A stretch of 64,000 bases of DNA, from the NCBI GenBank assembly GCA_900545215.1, contig UQXW01000001.1:61794-125793 (forward strand), given 5' to 3'. The notes beneath the pieces are model-generated. The model made no database searches. It saw only the letters and a program-made list of their open reading frames with translations, and had not been told where the DNA came from. Made by a program: the position numbers and the translations under genes. This document shows, in pieces, positions 9,110 to 19,933 of this stretch. Position 1 is the first letter of the stretch; the number at the start of each line of letters is the position of its first letter. This DNA is from an uncultured Bacteroidota bacterium (GTDB taxonomy: Bacteria; Bacteroidota; Bacteroidia; Bacteroidales; P3).

Positions 9110-10429
9110 ATGCAGAATATACCATTTGACAAGGCTTTGGTCGATGAAATCGTAGCCAAGAACAAAATCAAGAGCGTGGGAGCAGGCTCTATACGTGAGG
9201 TGAAAAAGGTGATAGATGATGTGGAAGCGGCAACGGGTGAGAAATTTGTGAGAATGGAGATGGGTATTCCCGGATTGCCTGCAGTGCAGATAGGTGTCGA
9301 GGCAGAAATCGAGGCTTTGAAGGGCGGTTGTGCGGCAATCTATCCGGATATTTACGGAACGAAGGAGTTGAAACACGAGACGGCAAGATTCGTGAAGAAC
9401 TTCCTTGATGTCGAAGTGCCGGAGGATTCATGCGTTCCCACTGTCGGAAGCATGCAGGCGAGCTTTGCGGCTTTCATGACGGTGGCTCGTTTGGACGCAA
9501 AGAAGAACAAGATTTTGTTCATCGACCCGGGTTTCCCCGTTCAAAAGCAACAGTGCAATATATTAGGTATAGAGACTTTGCATTTCGACGTTTACGATTA
9601 TCGTGGCGATAAGTTGAGAGCGAAATTGGAGGAATACCTTTCAACGGGAGAGGTGATTGCGATGATTTATTCCTCGCCTAACAATCCGGCTTGGTTCTCT
9701 TTCAACGAGAAAGAGTTGCAAATAATAGCCGAAGAGGCGAACAAGCACGATGTGATAGTGATTGAGGACTTGGCTTACTTCGGAATGGACTTCCGTAAGG
9801 ATTATTCCAAACCGGGAGTGCCTCCTTTCCAACCTACGGTTGCGAAATGGGCAGAGAAATACATATTGATGATTTCCGGCAGCAAGGCTTTCTCATACGC
9901 AGGTCAACGTATTGCAGTGATGATAATAAGCCCTGCTTTGTTCGAGCTTAAAACCGAGTACATGAAGAAGTTCTTCACTCAGGAGAGTTTCGGTCGTGCC
10001 ATAATATTCGGCTCACTCTATGCCTTGACTTCGGGAACGGCATTCTCGCCGCAGTATGCCTTGACAGCCATATTCAAGGCTTGCAACGATGGGACGTACA
10101 ACTTCGCCGAGCCTTTGAAGGATTACGGCAGGAAAGCCCATCAGATGAAAAAGGCATTGGTCGAAAACGGTTTCAAGATTGTTTATGACAAGGATTTGGA
10201 CATGGATGTGGCAGACGGATTTTACTTTACGTTCTCTTATCCGGGCTATAGCGGAGAGGAATTGTTGAGCGAGTTGGCGTATTACGGTATCAGTGCAATC
10301 TCTTTGAAGATTTGCAGAAGCACAAGAACCGAAGGCGTGAGAGCATGCGTGTCTTTGGTGCCTCATGAAATGATTCCTGTATTCGAAGAAAGGGTTAAAC
10401 AATTCCATAAAGACCACCCTGTGAAGTAA
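9110..10429 (+). CDS. PLP-dependent aminotransferase, class I/II fold
   Basis: SGSKAFSYAGQRIAV matches the fold-type-I SxSK...GxR PLP-lysine region. Length is 439 aa. Confidence 0.7.
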   Translation: MQNIPFDKALVDEIVAKNKIKSVGAGSIREVKKVIDDVEAATGEKFVRMEMGIPGLPAVQIGVEAEIEALKGGCAAIYPDIYGTKELKHETARFVKNFLDVEVPEDSCVPTVGSMQASFAAFMTVARLDAKKNKILFIDPGFPVQKQQCNILGIETLHFDVYDYRGDKLRAKLEEYLSTGEVIAMIYSSPNNPAWFSFNEKELQIIAEEANKHDVIVIEDLAYFGMDFRKDYSKPGVPPFQPTVAKWAEKYILMISGSKAFSYAGQRIAVMIISPALFELKTEYMKKFFTQESFGRAIIFGSLYALTSGTAFSPQYALTAIFKACNDGTYNFAEPLKDYGRKAHQMKKALVENGFKIVYDKDLDMDVADGFYFTFSYPGYSGEELLSELAYYGISAISLKICRSTRTEGVRACVSLVPHEMIPVFEERVKQFHKDHPVK

Positions 10430-10491
10430 ACCGTCGCAAAAAAGTGACGGGGAACTGTAATATTTTACGGCTTTAATTTAAGTATACACTC

Positions 10492-10550
10492 GGGACTGTT
10501 TTCCGCAAACTGCAAACAACGCAGGCGGGGAGCAGTCCCTCTTTTTTTTT
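10492..10550 (+). terminator. rho-independent terminator
   Basis: gggactg...cagtccc stem enclosing a GC-rich inner hairpin, followed by a T10 run. Confidence 0.7.
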
Positions 10551-10589
10551 GATACGATTAACCGATTTGGAAATAACGAAAGGAAGAAG

Positions 10590-11372
10590 ATGGATACGGA
10601 ATACATGGATTTGAATGCGGAAAGCATAGATGAGGAGCATATTTGCTGTGCTTTCTCAGATAAAAAGTGTGCAGAGGGTTATAAGGCGAAGAAAGAATGG
10701 TTGAAAAAGGAGTTCGGCGAGGGTTATGTGTTCAGAAGACTGAACGAAAGAGCCAAGGTGTTTATCGAATACGTACCTGCGGAAAAGGCATGGACTGCCG
10801 TGGAGGCTCCGAACTATATAATGATAAATTGTTTTTGGGTTTCGGGGCAATATAAAGGTAAAGGGCATGGCTATGCCTTGCTTCAATCCGTCATGGAGGA
10901 CGCAAAACGTCAGAGAAAAAGCGGCTTGGTATCCGTGGTAGGCACGAAGAAGCTGCCTTTCATGAGCGATACGAAATGGTTGTTGGCTCATGGTTTCACT
11001 ATCGTGGAAAAGTTGCCTTACGGTTTTGCTTTGATTGCCATGAAGTTCGATGTCGCCGCTCCGAATCCGTACTTTCTGCCGTGCGTTGCGGAAGGTGCTT
11101 GCGGCGAAAAGAAGGGTTTGACGGCTTATTACTCTTCCCGCTGTCCGTTTACGGAATATTATGTCGGCGGACAACTGAAAGAACTTGCCGAAAAGCATGG
11201 CGTGCCTTTGGAAATAATCAAACTGGAAACCCGTGAGCAGGCACGCAAAGCACCAAGCCCCGATACGATATTTTCATTATTCATGGACGGTAAATTCGTC
11301 GGCACAGATTTGAGCCTTTGCACCGAAAAGAAATTCGAGAAACTCATTTCCGAAAAGGTTAATGGCGAATAA
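10590..11372 (+). CDS. YoaP-like GNAT-family N-acetyltransferase
   Basis: The N-terminal half has a GNAT-like core (WVSGQYKGKGHGYALLQSVMEDA). The C-terminal Cys-containing domain is typical of YoaP-like proteins. Confidence 0.55.
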   Translation: MDTEYMDLNAESIDEEHICCAFSDKKCAEGYKAKKEWLKKEFGEGYVFRRLNERAKVFIEYVPAEKAWTAVEAPNYIMINCFWVSGQYKGKGHGYALLQSVMEDAKRQRKSGLVSVVGTKKLPFMSDTKWLLAHGFTIVEKLPYGFALIAMKFDVAAPNPYFLPCVAEGACGEKKGLTAYYSSRCPFTEYYVGGQLKELAEKHGVPLEIIKLETREQARKAPSPDTIFSLFMDGKFVGTDLSLCTEKKFEKLISEKVNGE

Positions 11373-11465
11373 GTAGTGGTGTTTCAGAGAAAATACAATG
11401 CACAAAGCCCTTAAAGTCAAATGTTTCGCAAGTTTGATAAATGTTTTTTTCTTAATACTTGTTTA

Positions 11466-11489
11466 TTTGAAGTGAAATGTGTATCTTTG
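11466..11489 (+). promoter_or_regulatory. candidate -33/-7 promoter (TTTG...TAtcTTTG) for the OMP gene
   Basis: TATCTTTG at 11482-11489, 38 nt upstream of the ATG. The spacing to TTTG is shorter than consensus. Confidence 0.3.
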
Positions 11490-11526
11490 TGGCATTAAAT
11501 GATTTTCAAATTAAGAGACAAAAACG

Positions 11527-12315
11527 ATGAAAAAGGTAATTATTACTTTGTTTGCGGTTTTGACCGCATTGGGTGGGCTTGATGCTCAAACGAAATCGGA
11601 AAAATCCGGTGGCTTAAAGAAACATAATTTCGGCTTTGGAGCAGCGACCGATATTTTCTCCACATGCAATTTGGTGAATAGCTTTGGCGGAGACCTGACT
11701 TTTGACCACAGGGTGTTTGATGTCGGAAGTAATTCATTCAAGAAGTTCCGCAGTGCGGCGAATGTTACGGCTATGTCTCGTTTTTCCTTGCATTTTGCAT
11801 ACGAATACAGGTTCAATAAGAATTTCTCCCTTTCGGCAGGCTTGAAGTATGCGTATATGAATATGGAAGTAAAGCTTGTGGTTGCCGATGATACAAGATT
11901 TTTGTCGGATTATCCCGATTTTTTTGCGGAGGATCGTTACAATGCGGTCTTTCACTCCGTGGAAGTGCCGATAATGGTGAATTACAGCACGCGAATTTGC
12001 GATAAAACGTTTTGGAATGTGTCTCTCGGCGGTGGTTTGAGGGAGATGATAACTGCGGATTTGTCTTCATTCAGGGGAACAAAGGGCGAGATGACTTACG
12101 GTGTGGAATCCATGGATGATTTTCAGCCTTTCCTTTCTTTCGGAACAGGATTGGAGTTCTCTATGTGCGGACATCGTTTGAAGACTTTTGTGAATTACAG
12201 TATTTATGATGTGGATTATGTTATTTCGTCGAGAGTAGATAACGGATTATCCACTTCCTCGAAGAAGAAGTTCGGAAGAAATCATTTGGAAGCAGGCTTT
12301 ACGCTGTTCTTTTAG
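11527..12315 (+). CDS. outer-membrane beta-barrel (porin-family) protein
   Basis: Signal peptide MKKVIITLFAVLTALGGLDAQ; alternating amphipathic strands; a C-terminal aromatic residue (…GFTLFF). Confidence 0.5.
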   Translation: MKKVIITLFAVLTALGGLDAQTKSEKSGGLKKHNFGFGAATDIFSTCNLVNSFGGDLTFDHRVFDVGSNSFKKFRSAANVTAMSRFSLHFAYEYRFNKNFSLSAGLKYAYMNMEVKLVVADDTRFLSDYPDFFAEDRYNAVFHSVEVPIMVNYSTRICDKTFWNVSLGGGLREMITADLSSFRGTKGEMTYGVESMDDFQPFLSFGTGLEFSMCGHRLKTFVNYSIYDVDYVISSRVDNGLSTSSKKKFGRNHLEAGFTLFF

Positions 12316-12440
12316 GTAAGGACGGTTCTACGGAACAGGCGATGAGGTTCGTGTCTGTCGGTTGACGGGGCGGATTTCATCGCTTTTGTTTTGAGCGGGA
12401 GCTGTTTGTATGATGCTTTTGCGGAATGCGGGCAGTGAAT

Positions 12441-12462
12441 TTTGATTTTTTTTGTACCTTTG
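12441..12462 (+). promoter_or_regulatory. candidate TAccTTTG -7 box upstream of alaS
   Basis: TACCTTTG at 12455-12462, with TTTG at 12441-12444 (short spacing). Confidence 0.3.
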
Positions 12463-12540
12463 CAGACTTGACGGAGTGGGGTGCGTGGTTTGCGGAACCG
12501 TTTCGCCTGTATGTGATTAAAGAAATAAAGGAACTCTGAT

Positions 12541-15159
12541 ATGATTGGTTCAAAGGAAGTAAGAAAGAAGTTTTTGGATTTTTTCGCCTCGAAAGGGCAT
12601 ACCGTGGTACCTTCTTCGGCGATAGTGGTGAAGAATGACCCTACGCTCTTGTTCACCAATGCCGGAATGAATCAGTTCAAGGATATTTTCCTCGGCAATT
12701 CGACCAAGCCTTATCTCAGGGCTGCCGATTCGCAGAAGTGTTTGAGGGTAAGCGGAAAGCATAACGATTTGGAGGAAGTGGGAAGGGATACGTACCATCA
12801 TACCATGTTTGAAATGTTAGGCAATTGGTCTTTCGGGGATTACTTCAAGAAGGAAGCGATTGCATACGCTTGGGAACTGTTGACGGAGGTCTATGGAATA
12901 GATAAGGATATTATATATGTAACAGTGTTCGGCGGCGATGAGAAAGAGGGCTTGAATGCGGATATGGAGGCGTTCGAATATTGGAAACAGTGGATTGCGG
13001 AGGACAGGATAATATTCGGAAGCAAGAAAGATAACTTCTGGGAAATGGGAGAGACGGGGCCTTGCGGCGGATGTTCGGAAATTCATGTCGATTTGCGAAA
13101 CAAGGAGGATAAAGCAAAGATTTGCGGCAGGGATTTGGTGAATAAGGATAATCCGTTGGTGATCGAGATTTGGAACTTGGTGTTCATGGAGTTCAATCGC
13201 TTGGCAGACGGAAGTCTTACGGCTTTGAAGGAGAAGAATATCGACACAGGAATGGGTTTCGAGAGACTTTGCATGGTTTTGCAGGACAAACAATCGAACT
13301 ACGATACCGATATATTCCAACCGATGATTAAACACCTTGCGGCGAAAGCCGGTGCGGAATACGGCAAGGGCGATGAGGAGAAGGATATTGCCATGAGGGT
13401 ATGTGCAGACCATATAAGAGCGGTTTGCTTCGCCATTGCGGACGGACAGTTGCCTTCAAACGCCAAGGCAGGTTACGTTATCCGAAGGATATTGCGAAGA
13501 GCTGTTCGCTACGGTTACACGTTCCTCGGCTTCAACGAGCCGTTCCTCTATGACATGGTGGGCATTCTTGTGGAGCAAATGGGTGAACAATATCCGGAAA
13601 TCAAGGAACAACGTCCGTTGATTGAAAAGATAATACGCGAGGAGGAACTTTCATTCCTCCGAACTCTCGCAAACGGTATTTTGAAGTTCGAGAAGTACAT
13701 CTCGCAAAGCAATGACAAAACGATAGACGGCGATTTCGCTTTCGAGTTGTTCGATACCTACGGTTTCCCTGTGGACTTGACGGAACTGATGGCACAGGAG
13801 AAAGGTTACAAAGTGGATATGAAGGGCTTCGAAAGCAACCTTGCCGCTCAGAAAGAGCGTTCCCGTAATGCCGCGAAGAGCCTTACGGACGATTGGGTGG
13901 AGGTTGTGCCTTTCGAAGGCTTGGGAGAATTTATCGGATACGACGTTTTGCAGACGGAGGCTCGGCTTTTGCGTTATCGGAAAGTAACGATGAAGAATTC
14001 GGTTTGCTATCAACTTGTTTTCGATCGCACACCTTTTTATGCCGAAATGGGCGGTCAGACGGGAGATAAGGGCGTTATGGAAAACTCCGGCGGCAGAACA
14101 AGGATAACGGATACTAAAAAGGAGAACAAACTCACCCTTCACATCGTGAAAGAACTGCCGAAGAATTTGGAGGAACCGTTCATGCTTACCGTCGATGCTG
14201 AATTGCGTAAATCGACAGAGGCGAATCATACGGCGACTCACCTTTTGCATTATGCTTTACGCAAGGTTCTCGGAAACCATGTGGAGCAGAAAGGTTCGTA
14301 TGTCGATGATATGCGTTTGCGATTCGACTTTTCGCACCCGTCGAAACTCACGGATGAGGAGATTAAAAAGGCGGAACAAATCGTCAATGCAATGATTCGG
14401 GAGGACTATTCGGCGGAAGATTTCCGCGATATACCGATAGACCAAGCGAAAGAAATGGGTGCGATGGCTTTATTCGGCGAAAAATACGGCGATAAGGTGC
14501 GTTGCATAAAATTCGGCGACAGTATAGAACTTTGCGGCGGTACTCACGTCAAATCGACAGGTCGAATCGGAATGGTGAAAATAGTGAATGAGACGGCTGT
14601 TGCGGCGGGTGTGAGGAGAATTGAGGCGGTAAGCGGAAAGGGATTCGAGAAATTTCTTTACGAAAGTCTCGATACGTTGAAAGAAATACATTCTTTGTTC
14701 GTTGCAAGCCCTAATGTCGTGCAATCTGTCAAGAAGTTAATCGAGGACGATGCGGCATTGAAAGCCGGTCTCGACAAGTTACAGAAAGAGAAAACGGCAC
14801 AACTGTTCGATGTTCTTCGCAAAGAAATCAAGCAAACGGGCGATGCGGACTTGTTGGAGTGGGATTGCAGCAAACTGAATGCCGATGTGGTGAAAGATTT
14901 GGCTTTCAGGTTCAAATCGGAAAGCAACAATATATGTTTCATTGCCTACGGAGAAAATGATGGAAAGGTGTCCTTGTCGCTTATGTTGGGCGAAGAGTTT
15001 GTCGCAAACGGCAAAGACGCTTCCAAAATCATACGTTCGGCAGCCAAACACATCAAAGGCGGCGGCGGCGGTCAGAAATACTTCGCCTCTGCCGGTGGAA
15101 AAGATGCTTCGGGCATAGAAAAGGCGGTGGAAGAGATAAAGAAAGAACTTTTCGGATAG
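12541..15159 (+). CDS. alaS: alanine--tRNA ligase
   Basis: 872 aa. N-terminus MIGSKEVRKKFLDFFASKGHTVVPSSAIVVKNDPTLLFTNAGMNQFKD; editing-domain HxxxH/CGGTH motifs (HTATHLLH...CGGTHV); C-terminal DHHA1-like GGGGG tail. Confidence 0.97.
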   Translation: MIGSKEVRKKFLDFFASKGHTVVPSSAIVVKNDPTLLFTNAGMNQFKDIFLGNSTKPYLRAADSQKCLRVSGKHNDLEEVGRDTYHHTMFEMLGNWSFGDYFKKEAIAYAWELLTEVYGIDKDIIYVTVFGGDEKEGLNADMEAFEYWKQWIAEDRIIFGSKKDNFWEMGETGPCGGCSEIHVDLRNKEDKAKICGRDLVNKDNPLVIEIWNLVFMEFNRLADGSLTALKEKNIDTGMGFERLCMVLQDKQSNYDTDIFQPMIKHLAAKAGAEYGKGDEEKDIAMRVCADHIRAVCFAIADGQLPSNAKAGYVIRRILRRAVRYGYTFLGFNEPFLYDMVGILVEQMGEQYPEIKEQRPLIEKIIREEELSFLRTLANGILKFEKYISQSNDKTIDGDFAFELFDTYGFPVDLTELMAQEKGYKVDMKGFESNLAAQKERSRNAAKSLTDDWVEVVPFEGLGEFIGYDVLQTEARLLRYRKVTMKNSVCYQLVFDRTPFYAEMGGQTGDKGVMENSGGRTRITDTKKENKLTLHIVKELPKNLEEPFMLTVDAELRKSTEANHTATHLLHYALRKVLGNHVEQKGSYVDDMRLRFDFSHPSKLTDEEIKKAEQIVNAMIREDYSAEDFRDIPIDQAKEMGAMALFGEKYGDKVRCIKFGDSIELCGGTHVKSTGRIGMVKIVNETAVAAGVRRIEAVSGKGFEKFLYESLDTLKEIHSLFVASPNVVQSVKKLIEDDAALKAGLDKLQKEKTAQLFDVLRKEIKQTGDADLLEWDCSKLNADVVKDLAFRFKSESNNICFIAYGENDGKVSLSLMLGEEFVANGKDASKIIRSAAKHIKGGGGGQKYFASAGGKDASGIEKAVEEIKKELFG

Positions 15160-15196
15160 GAACTTGATTTCCTGCGATAAAGGATTGTTTTGCCGA

Positions 15197-15267
15197 AACG
15201 CCGTTTCGGTGAAACGAAGAAAGAGAAGAATGGAACGGGGTTTCATTTTCGCGAAACGCCGTTCCAT
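15197..15267. repeat. short dispersed repeat (AAACGCCGTTTC-module family), copy 3, intergenic alaS-typA
   Basis: gaaacgccgtttcggtgaaacgaagaaagagaagaatggaacggggtttcattttcgcgaaacgccgttcc. Its ends are inverted-repeat-like. Confidence 0.45.
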
Positions 15268-15305
15268 CGAAATATAAACAGTCTTAATAATATTCGAAAC
15301 ACAGA

Positions 15306-17120
15306 ATGCAGAACATCAGAAACGTAGCCATAATAGCTCACGTAGATCACGGTAAAACGACCCTCGTGGACAGAATGCTGTATCAGGCAAAGCTTTTCCG
15401 CGACAATCAAGAGACGAAGGAACTTATACTGGATAACAACGATTTGGAGCGTGAACGCGGTATCACGATACTGTCCAAGAACGTTTCAATCAGATACAAG
15501 GGTTACAAAATAAACATTATCGATACTCCCGGCCACAGTGATTTCGGCGGAGAGGTGGAAAGAGTGTTGAATATGGCGGATGGCGTTCTGCTCGTGGTAG
15601 ATGCTTTTGAGGGTCCGATGCCGCAGACCCGTTTTGTGCTGCAAAAGGCAATCGAATTGAACCTCAAACCCATTGTGGTTATAAATAAGGTTGATAAACC
15701 TAATTGCAATCCTGTGGAAACGCAGGAAAAGGTTTTCGACCTTATGTTCTCTCTCGGTGCAACGGAGGAACAGTTGGATTTTCCGACCGTTTATGGCTCA
15801 TCGAAGCAGGGCTGGATGGGTGAAGATTGGGAACACCCTACGGAAGACGTTTCTTATCTTCTGGATATGATAATAAAGCATATTCCTGCTTACAATGTAA
15901 CGGATGGAAATACACAGTTGATGATTTCTTCCTTGGATTACTCCTCGTATGTCGGCAGAATAGCTGTGGGACGTCTTCACAGAGGAACGTTGGTTGCAGG
16001 ACAAGATGTAACGCTTGCAAAAACCAATGGAGAGATGGTGCGTTCCAAAATCAAGGAGCTCTATGTCTTTGAAGGCTTGGCAAAGGAAAAAATCAAGACA
16101 CCGGTGGAAGCGGGGGAGATTTGTGCCATTTTGGGATTGGAAGACTTTGAAATAGGGGACACTGTCTGCGATTTGGAAAATCCTGAACCGTTGAAGCCGA
16201 TAAAGGTCGATGATCCGACGATGAGCATGCTCTTTACGATAAATAATTCGCCTTTTTACGGCAAGGACGGCAAGTATGTGACCTCACGACATCTTCGTGA
16301 GAGATTGTTCGCAGAGTTGGAGAAGAATCTGGCTCTTCGTGTCGAGGAAACCGATTCGCCGGATTCTCTCATCGTTTACGGACGAGGCATTCTTCATCTT
16401 TCGATTCTGATAGAGACCATGCGTCGAGAGGGCTATGAATTGCAGGTCGGACAACCTAAAGTAATCATCAAGGAAATAGATGGTAAGAAATGCGAGCCTG
16501 TGGAGCAGTTGACCATAGTTGTTCCGGAGCAATTCGCCGGTAAGGTGATAGAATTGGTGACTATGAGGAAGGGAGAGATAGACAGCATAGAGGCTCAGGG
16601 GGACAGAAGCCACATCGAGTTCACCATTCCTTCGAGAGGTATCATAGGATTGAGAAACAACATACTTACAGTATCGGAAGGAGAGGCCATAATGGCGAGT
16701 CGTTTGAAAGGATACGAACCTTGGAAGGGCGAAATCACAGGAAGAAGAATGGGAGCTTTGATTGCAAAGGAGACAGGTACCGCAATAGAGTACTCGATAA
16801 ACAAATTGCAGGACAGAGGCACTTTCTTCGTCTCTCCGGGCGACGAGGTATATACCGGAATGGTCGTGGGAGAGGGATTGAGACCCGATGATATTGTGGT
16901 AAACCTGACAATCACCAAGAAATTATCAAACATGCGTTCGGCAGGTGCCGATGAAAAAGTCAATATAGCACCGGCAAAGAAGTTCTCTTTGGAAGAAGCA
17001 ATGGAATATATAGCCGAAGACGAATATCTTGAAATCACTCCGAACCATCTGAGAATACGAAAAATACTTCTTGACGAGGTCGCACGTAAGCGTGCTGCCA
17101 ATTCGACACCTAAGGAGTAA
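15306..17120 (+). CDS. typA: translational GTPase TypA/BipA
   Basis: [25 protein letters not shown]…[14 protein letters not shown]…NKVDK, an EF-G-like domain order. Confidence 0.95.
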   Translation: MQNIRNVAIIAHVDHGKTTLVDRMLYQAKLFRDNQETKELILDNNDLERERGITILSKNVSIRYKGYKINIIDTPGHSDFGGEVERVLNMADGVLLVVDAFEGPMPQTRFVLQKAIELNLKPIVVINKVDKPNCNPVETQEKVFDLMFSLGATEEQLDFPTVYGSSKQGWMGEDWEHPTEDVSYLLDMIIKHIPAYNVTDGNTQLMISSLDYSSYVGRIAVGRLHRGTLVAGQDVTLAKTNGEMVRSKIKELYVFEGLAKEKIKTPVEAGEICAILGLEDFEIGDTVCDLENPEPLKPIKVDDPTMSMLFTINNSPFYGKDGKYVTSRHLRERLFAELEKNLALRVEETDSPDSLIVYGRGILHLSILIETMRREGYELQVGQPKVIIKEIDGKKCEPVEQLTIVVPEQFAGKVIELVTMRKGEIDSIEAQGDRSHIEFTIPSRGIIGLRNNILTVSEGEAIMASRLKGYEPWKGEITGRRMGALIAKETGTAIEYSINKLQDRGTFFVSPGDEVYTGMVVGEGLRPDDIVVNLTITKKLSNMRSAGADEKVNIAPAKKFSLEEAMEYIAEDEYLEITPNHLRIRKILLDEVARKRAANSTPKE

Positions 17121-17127
17121 GAAACAT

Positions 17128-17496
17128 AACGGTGCGACATCGTTCTATCGCTGCGAATTTCCATTCGGAGAGGAAAGTCCGGGCAACGCAGAGCATCATA
17201 CTACCTAACGGGTAGGCGGATTTGCAAAAGTCCGACAGAAAGTGCCGCAGAAAACAACCGCCTTTTCCAAGGTAAGGGTGAAAACGCGAGGTAAGAGCTC
17301 ACGCTACGGCTTAGTGATAAGTCGCAGGGGTAAACCTTATGAGTTGAAAGACCAAATATATCGGAGCATGGGGCTGCTCGTCCTTTTCCGAGGGGTAGGT
17401 CGTTAGAGGCTTGTCGCAAGGCAGGCAGTAGATTAATGATAGAACGGTTTGCAAATGCAAACCCGACAGAACCCGGCTTACAGATGTCGCACCGTT
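17128..17496 (+). ncRNA. rnpB: RNase P RNA, bacterial type A
   Basis: The P1 helix pairs cggtgcgacatc (17130-17141) with gatgtcgcaccg (17483-17494). It has the conserved P4 GAGGAAAGTCCGGGC, an AGGGTGAAA...GGTAAGAGC core and the 3' ACAGAACCCGGCTTA. Confidence 0.85.
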
Positions 17497-17557
17497 TCTT
17501 TTGAAGATTTCGTTGTTTTGCGGAAACAAATCGAGTGAAACGAGTGTCATAGCAGCG

Positions 17558-18112
17558 ATGAACCTTTCGGACGAAGAAATAATAAGAAGGTGTCTCAAAA
17601 AAGACGCAAAGGCTCAACGGGCTCTTTATGACAGGTATTCCCCTCTCATGCTCGGCTTGTGCATTCGCTATGCACGTTGCCGTCAGGACGCAGAGGATAT
17701 TTTCCAAGAGGCTTTCATTAAGGCATTTTCACAGCTTGACAAGTATTCTTTCAAGGGAGCGTTCGGCGGTTGGCTGAGACGTCTTTTCGTCAACTGTGCT
17801 TTGAATTACTATCGTTACGATAAATCGCATTTTTTTTGCGATGTACAGGATTGCCCCTCCCTTGTGGAAAAGCCTGTGCAACTCGACAATTTTTCGACCG
17901 CCGAGATACTCGATATGGTTGCGTCTTTGCCGGAGAATTGCAGGACGGTATTCAATCTTATCGAAATAGAGGGCTATTCTTACAAGGAATTATCGGAAAT
18001 GTTGCAGTTGAGCGAGAGTACGTTGAGAGGATTGAATTTCAAGGCAAAGCAATTACTGAGAGAAAAAATAAACAAGAAAAACATTCAAACCGAAATCCGA
18101 AACGCAGATTAA
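17558..18112 (+). CDS. RNA polymerase sigma-70 factor, ECF subfamily
   Basis: Region 2 (RYARCRQDAEDIFQEAFIKAF) and region 4 (CRTVFNLIEIEGYSYKELSEMLQLSESTLRGLNFKAKQLL). The ORF-track start at 17501 abuts the rnpB 3' end, so the internal Met (MNLSDEE) is preferred. Confidence 0.8.
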   Translation: MNLSDEEIIRRCLKKDAKAQRALYDRYSPLMLGLCIRYARCRQDAEDIFQEAFIKAFSQLDKYSFKGAFGGWLRRLFVNCALNYYRYDKSHFFCDVQDCPSLVEKPVQLDNFSTAEILDMVASLPENCRTVFNLIEIEGYSYKELSEMLQLSESTLRGLNFKAKQLLREKINKKNIQTEIRNAD

Positions 18113-18146
18113 AGGTTCGGGTGAAAACATAAAAAGGAGGAAGATT

Positions 18147-18986
18147 ATGGATAAGAATTACGAACAGTTCAGAGAGCGATTACATGATTACGAACAGCAA
18201 CCCGATGAACGCTTATGGAAAAACCTGTCCAAGGAATTGAACAAGCCGAAACACACCTACCTTACCGTCTCCGTCATCGTGGCAACGGTTTTGCTGGCAG
18301 GCTTCGTCGGCATGTTGGCATTGGCTCCGGAAAAAGCGGAAAAGGAGATTGCAAAGACAGAGACCTATCCTGAACCGACCGTTCAAAGACAGCTTGCAGA
18401 CGAAACGGCAATCGAGCAAAATGATACGCCGAAAAAAATTACCGGAACGATGATTCGCAAAAATGAAACGGCGAAAGAAAATACAGTTATTGCAGAGGTT
18501 GACAATCAGGTTGTTGAAACAATAAATCCTACGACCGTAACCAATCATCACGAGACAGCCGTCATGCCTCGCAATCAAGTCGCCGGAATACCGAAAGTCG
18601 TTTCGACAACTCTTCCCGCACAAAAGTCGGCGGCAAAGCCTGCAAACACCGAAATCATTGAGCCTGAGGCAGGCACGAAGACCTTTTCCGATATTCGTCC
18701 GGAGGACATCGTACGCACGCAACTCTTTATTCCTAATGCTTTCACGCCCGGAGAAAGCACCAACAACATATTCAAACCCGCATACGCCGAACTCTCCGCA
18801 TACAGAATGGACATTTACAACAGTCGCGGCGTACTTATATTCACCGCCAACGACATAAACCATGGTTGGGACGGCACATTCAACGGCGGAGATGCCATGC
18901 AGGGAGGATACTATTACATAGTGAAATTCACAGACACCAAAGGGAACACACATACTCAAAAGGGCAGCCTTATGCTTATACGATAA
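18147..18986 (+). CDS. anti-sigma-like single-pass membrane protein with T9SS type-B C-terminal domain (paralog of 2381-3262)
   Basis: The N-terminal motif (FRERLHDYEQQPDERLWKNL) is shared with the paralog; one TM helix (VSVIVATVLLAGFVGMLAL); a Thr/Pro-rich linker; a C-terminal IPNAFTPGESTNNIF...YYYIVKF domain. Confidence 0.6.
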   Translation: MDKNYEQFRERLHDYEQQPDERLWKNLSKELNKPKHTYLTVSVIVATVLLAGFVGMLALAPEKAEKEIAKTETYPEPTVQRQLADETAIEQNDTPKKITGTMIRKNETAKENTVIAEVDNQVVETINPTTVTNHHETAVMPRNQVAGIPKVVSTTLPAQKSAAKPANTEIIEPEAGTKTFSDIRPEDIVRTQLFIPNAFTPGESTNNIFKPAYAELSAYRMDIYNSRGVLIFTANDINHGWDGTFNGGDAMQGGYYYIVKFTDTKGNTHTQKGSLMLIR

Positions 18987-19014
18987 GACTTGCCCAGCCG
19001 CCATTCCGGTTCAT

Positions 19015-19045
19015 TTTGCCATTAGAAGAAAAAGTGCTACCTTTG
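19015..19045 (+). promoter_or_regulatory. Bacteroidota sigma-A-type promoter (TTTG-N19-TAccTTTG)
   Basis: TTTG at 19015-19018 and TACCTTTG at 19038-19045, 24 nt upstream of the transketolase ATG. Confidence 0.5.
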
Positions 19046-19068
19046 CAAACGAAAAATCAAAAGCAGTA

Positions 19069-19914
19069 ATGGCAGAAGTAAAACAGTTGCAGGACATTGC
19101 GACACAGGTAAGACGCGATATAATTCGCATGGTTAACTCGTGTCAAAGCGGACACCCGGGCGGCAGTTTGGGGTGTGCGGACTTTATGACAGCCTTGTAT
19201 TTCGAGGTTATGCACTTGGACGTTAACTCTTTCACCCGTCAGGGCAGGGGAGAGGATATGTTCTTTCTTTCCAACGGTCATATATCACCTGTTTTGTACA
19301 GCGTCTTGGCACGAAGGGGTTATTTCCCTGTCAAAGAATTGGCAACATTCCGTCGTTTGGGTACACGCTTGCAGGGACACCCGAGCATACACGACCGTTT
19401 GCCCGGCGTAAGACAAGCCTCAGGCTCTTTGGGACAGGGGTTGTCCGTTGCGATAGGAGCAGCCTTGGCAAAGAAAATGTACAACGATGACAAGACAGTC
19501 TATACCTTGCATGGCGACGGCGAGTTGCAAGAGGGACAAATCTGGGAGGCGGTAATGTTTGCCGGAGCCAACAAAGTGGATAATCTTATAGCGACGATAG
19601 ACGTGAACGGATTGCAAATCGATGGAACCACAACGGCGGTTTGTTCACTCGGCAACCTCAAAGCCAAGTTCGAAGCCTTTATGTGGAAGGTGGTGGAAGC
19701 CGAAGGCAATGACATGAATGCCGTTTGCGAGGGCTTGAAACGGGCAAAAGCCGAAACGGGACACGGACAACCCGTTGTAATGCTTATGCACACGCAGATG
19801 GGTTACGGTGTGGACTTCATGCAAAACGACAACAAATGGCATGGAACACCGCCGAACGATGAGCAGGCGGCGAAGGCACTTTCTCAGTTGAAGGAAACAC
19901 TCGGCGATTTTTAG
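19069..19914 (+). CDS. transketolase, N-terminal (TPP-binding) subunit
   Basis: SGHPGGSLGCADFMTALYF…GDGELQEG…N-terminal TPP motifs. Length (281 aa) fits a split transketolase. Confidence 0.9.
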   Translation: MAEVKQLQDIATQVRRDIIRMVNSCQSGHPGGSLGCADFMTALYFEVMHLDVNSFTRQGRGEDMFFLSNGHISPVLYSVLARRGYFPVKELATFRRLGTRLQGHPSIHDRLPGVRQASGSLGQGLSVAIGAALAKKMYNDDKTVYTLHGDGELQEGQIWEAVMFAGANKVDNLIATIDVNGLQIDGTTTAVCSLGNLKAKFEAFMWKVVEAEGNDMNAVCEGLKRAKAETGHGQPVVMLMHTQMGYGVDFMQNDNKWHGTPPNDEQAAKALSQLKETLGDF

Positions 19915-19933
19915 CAAAAGAATTGCAACGGCC

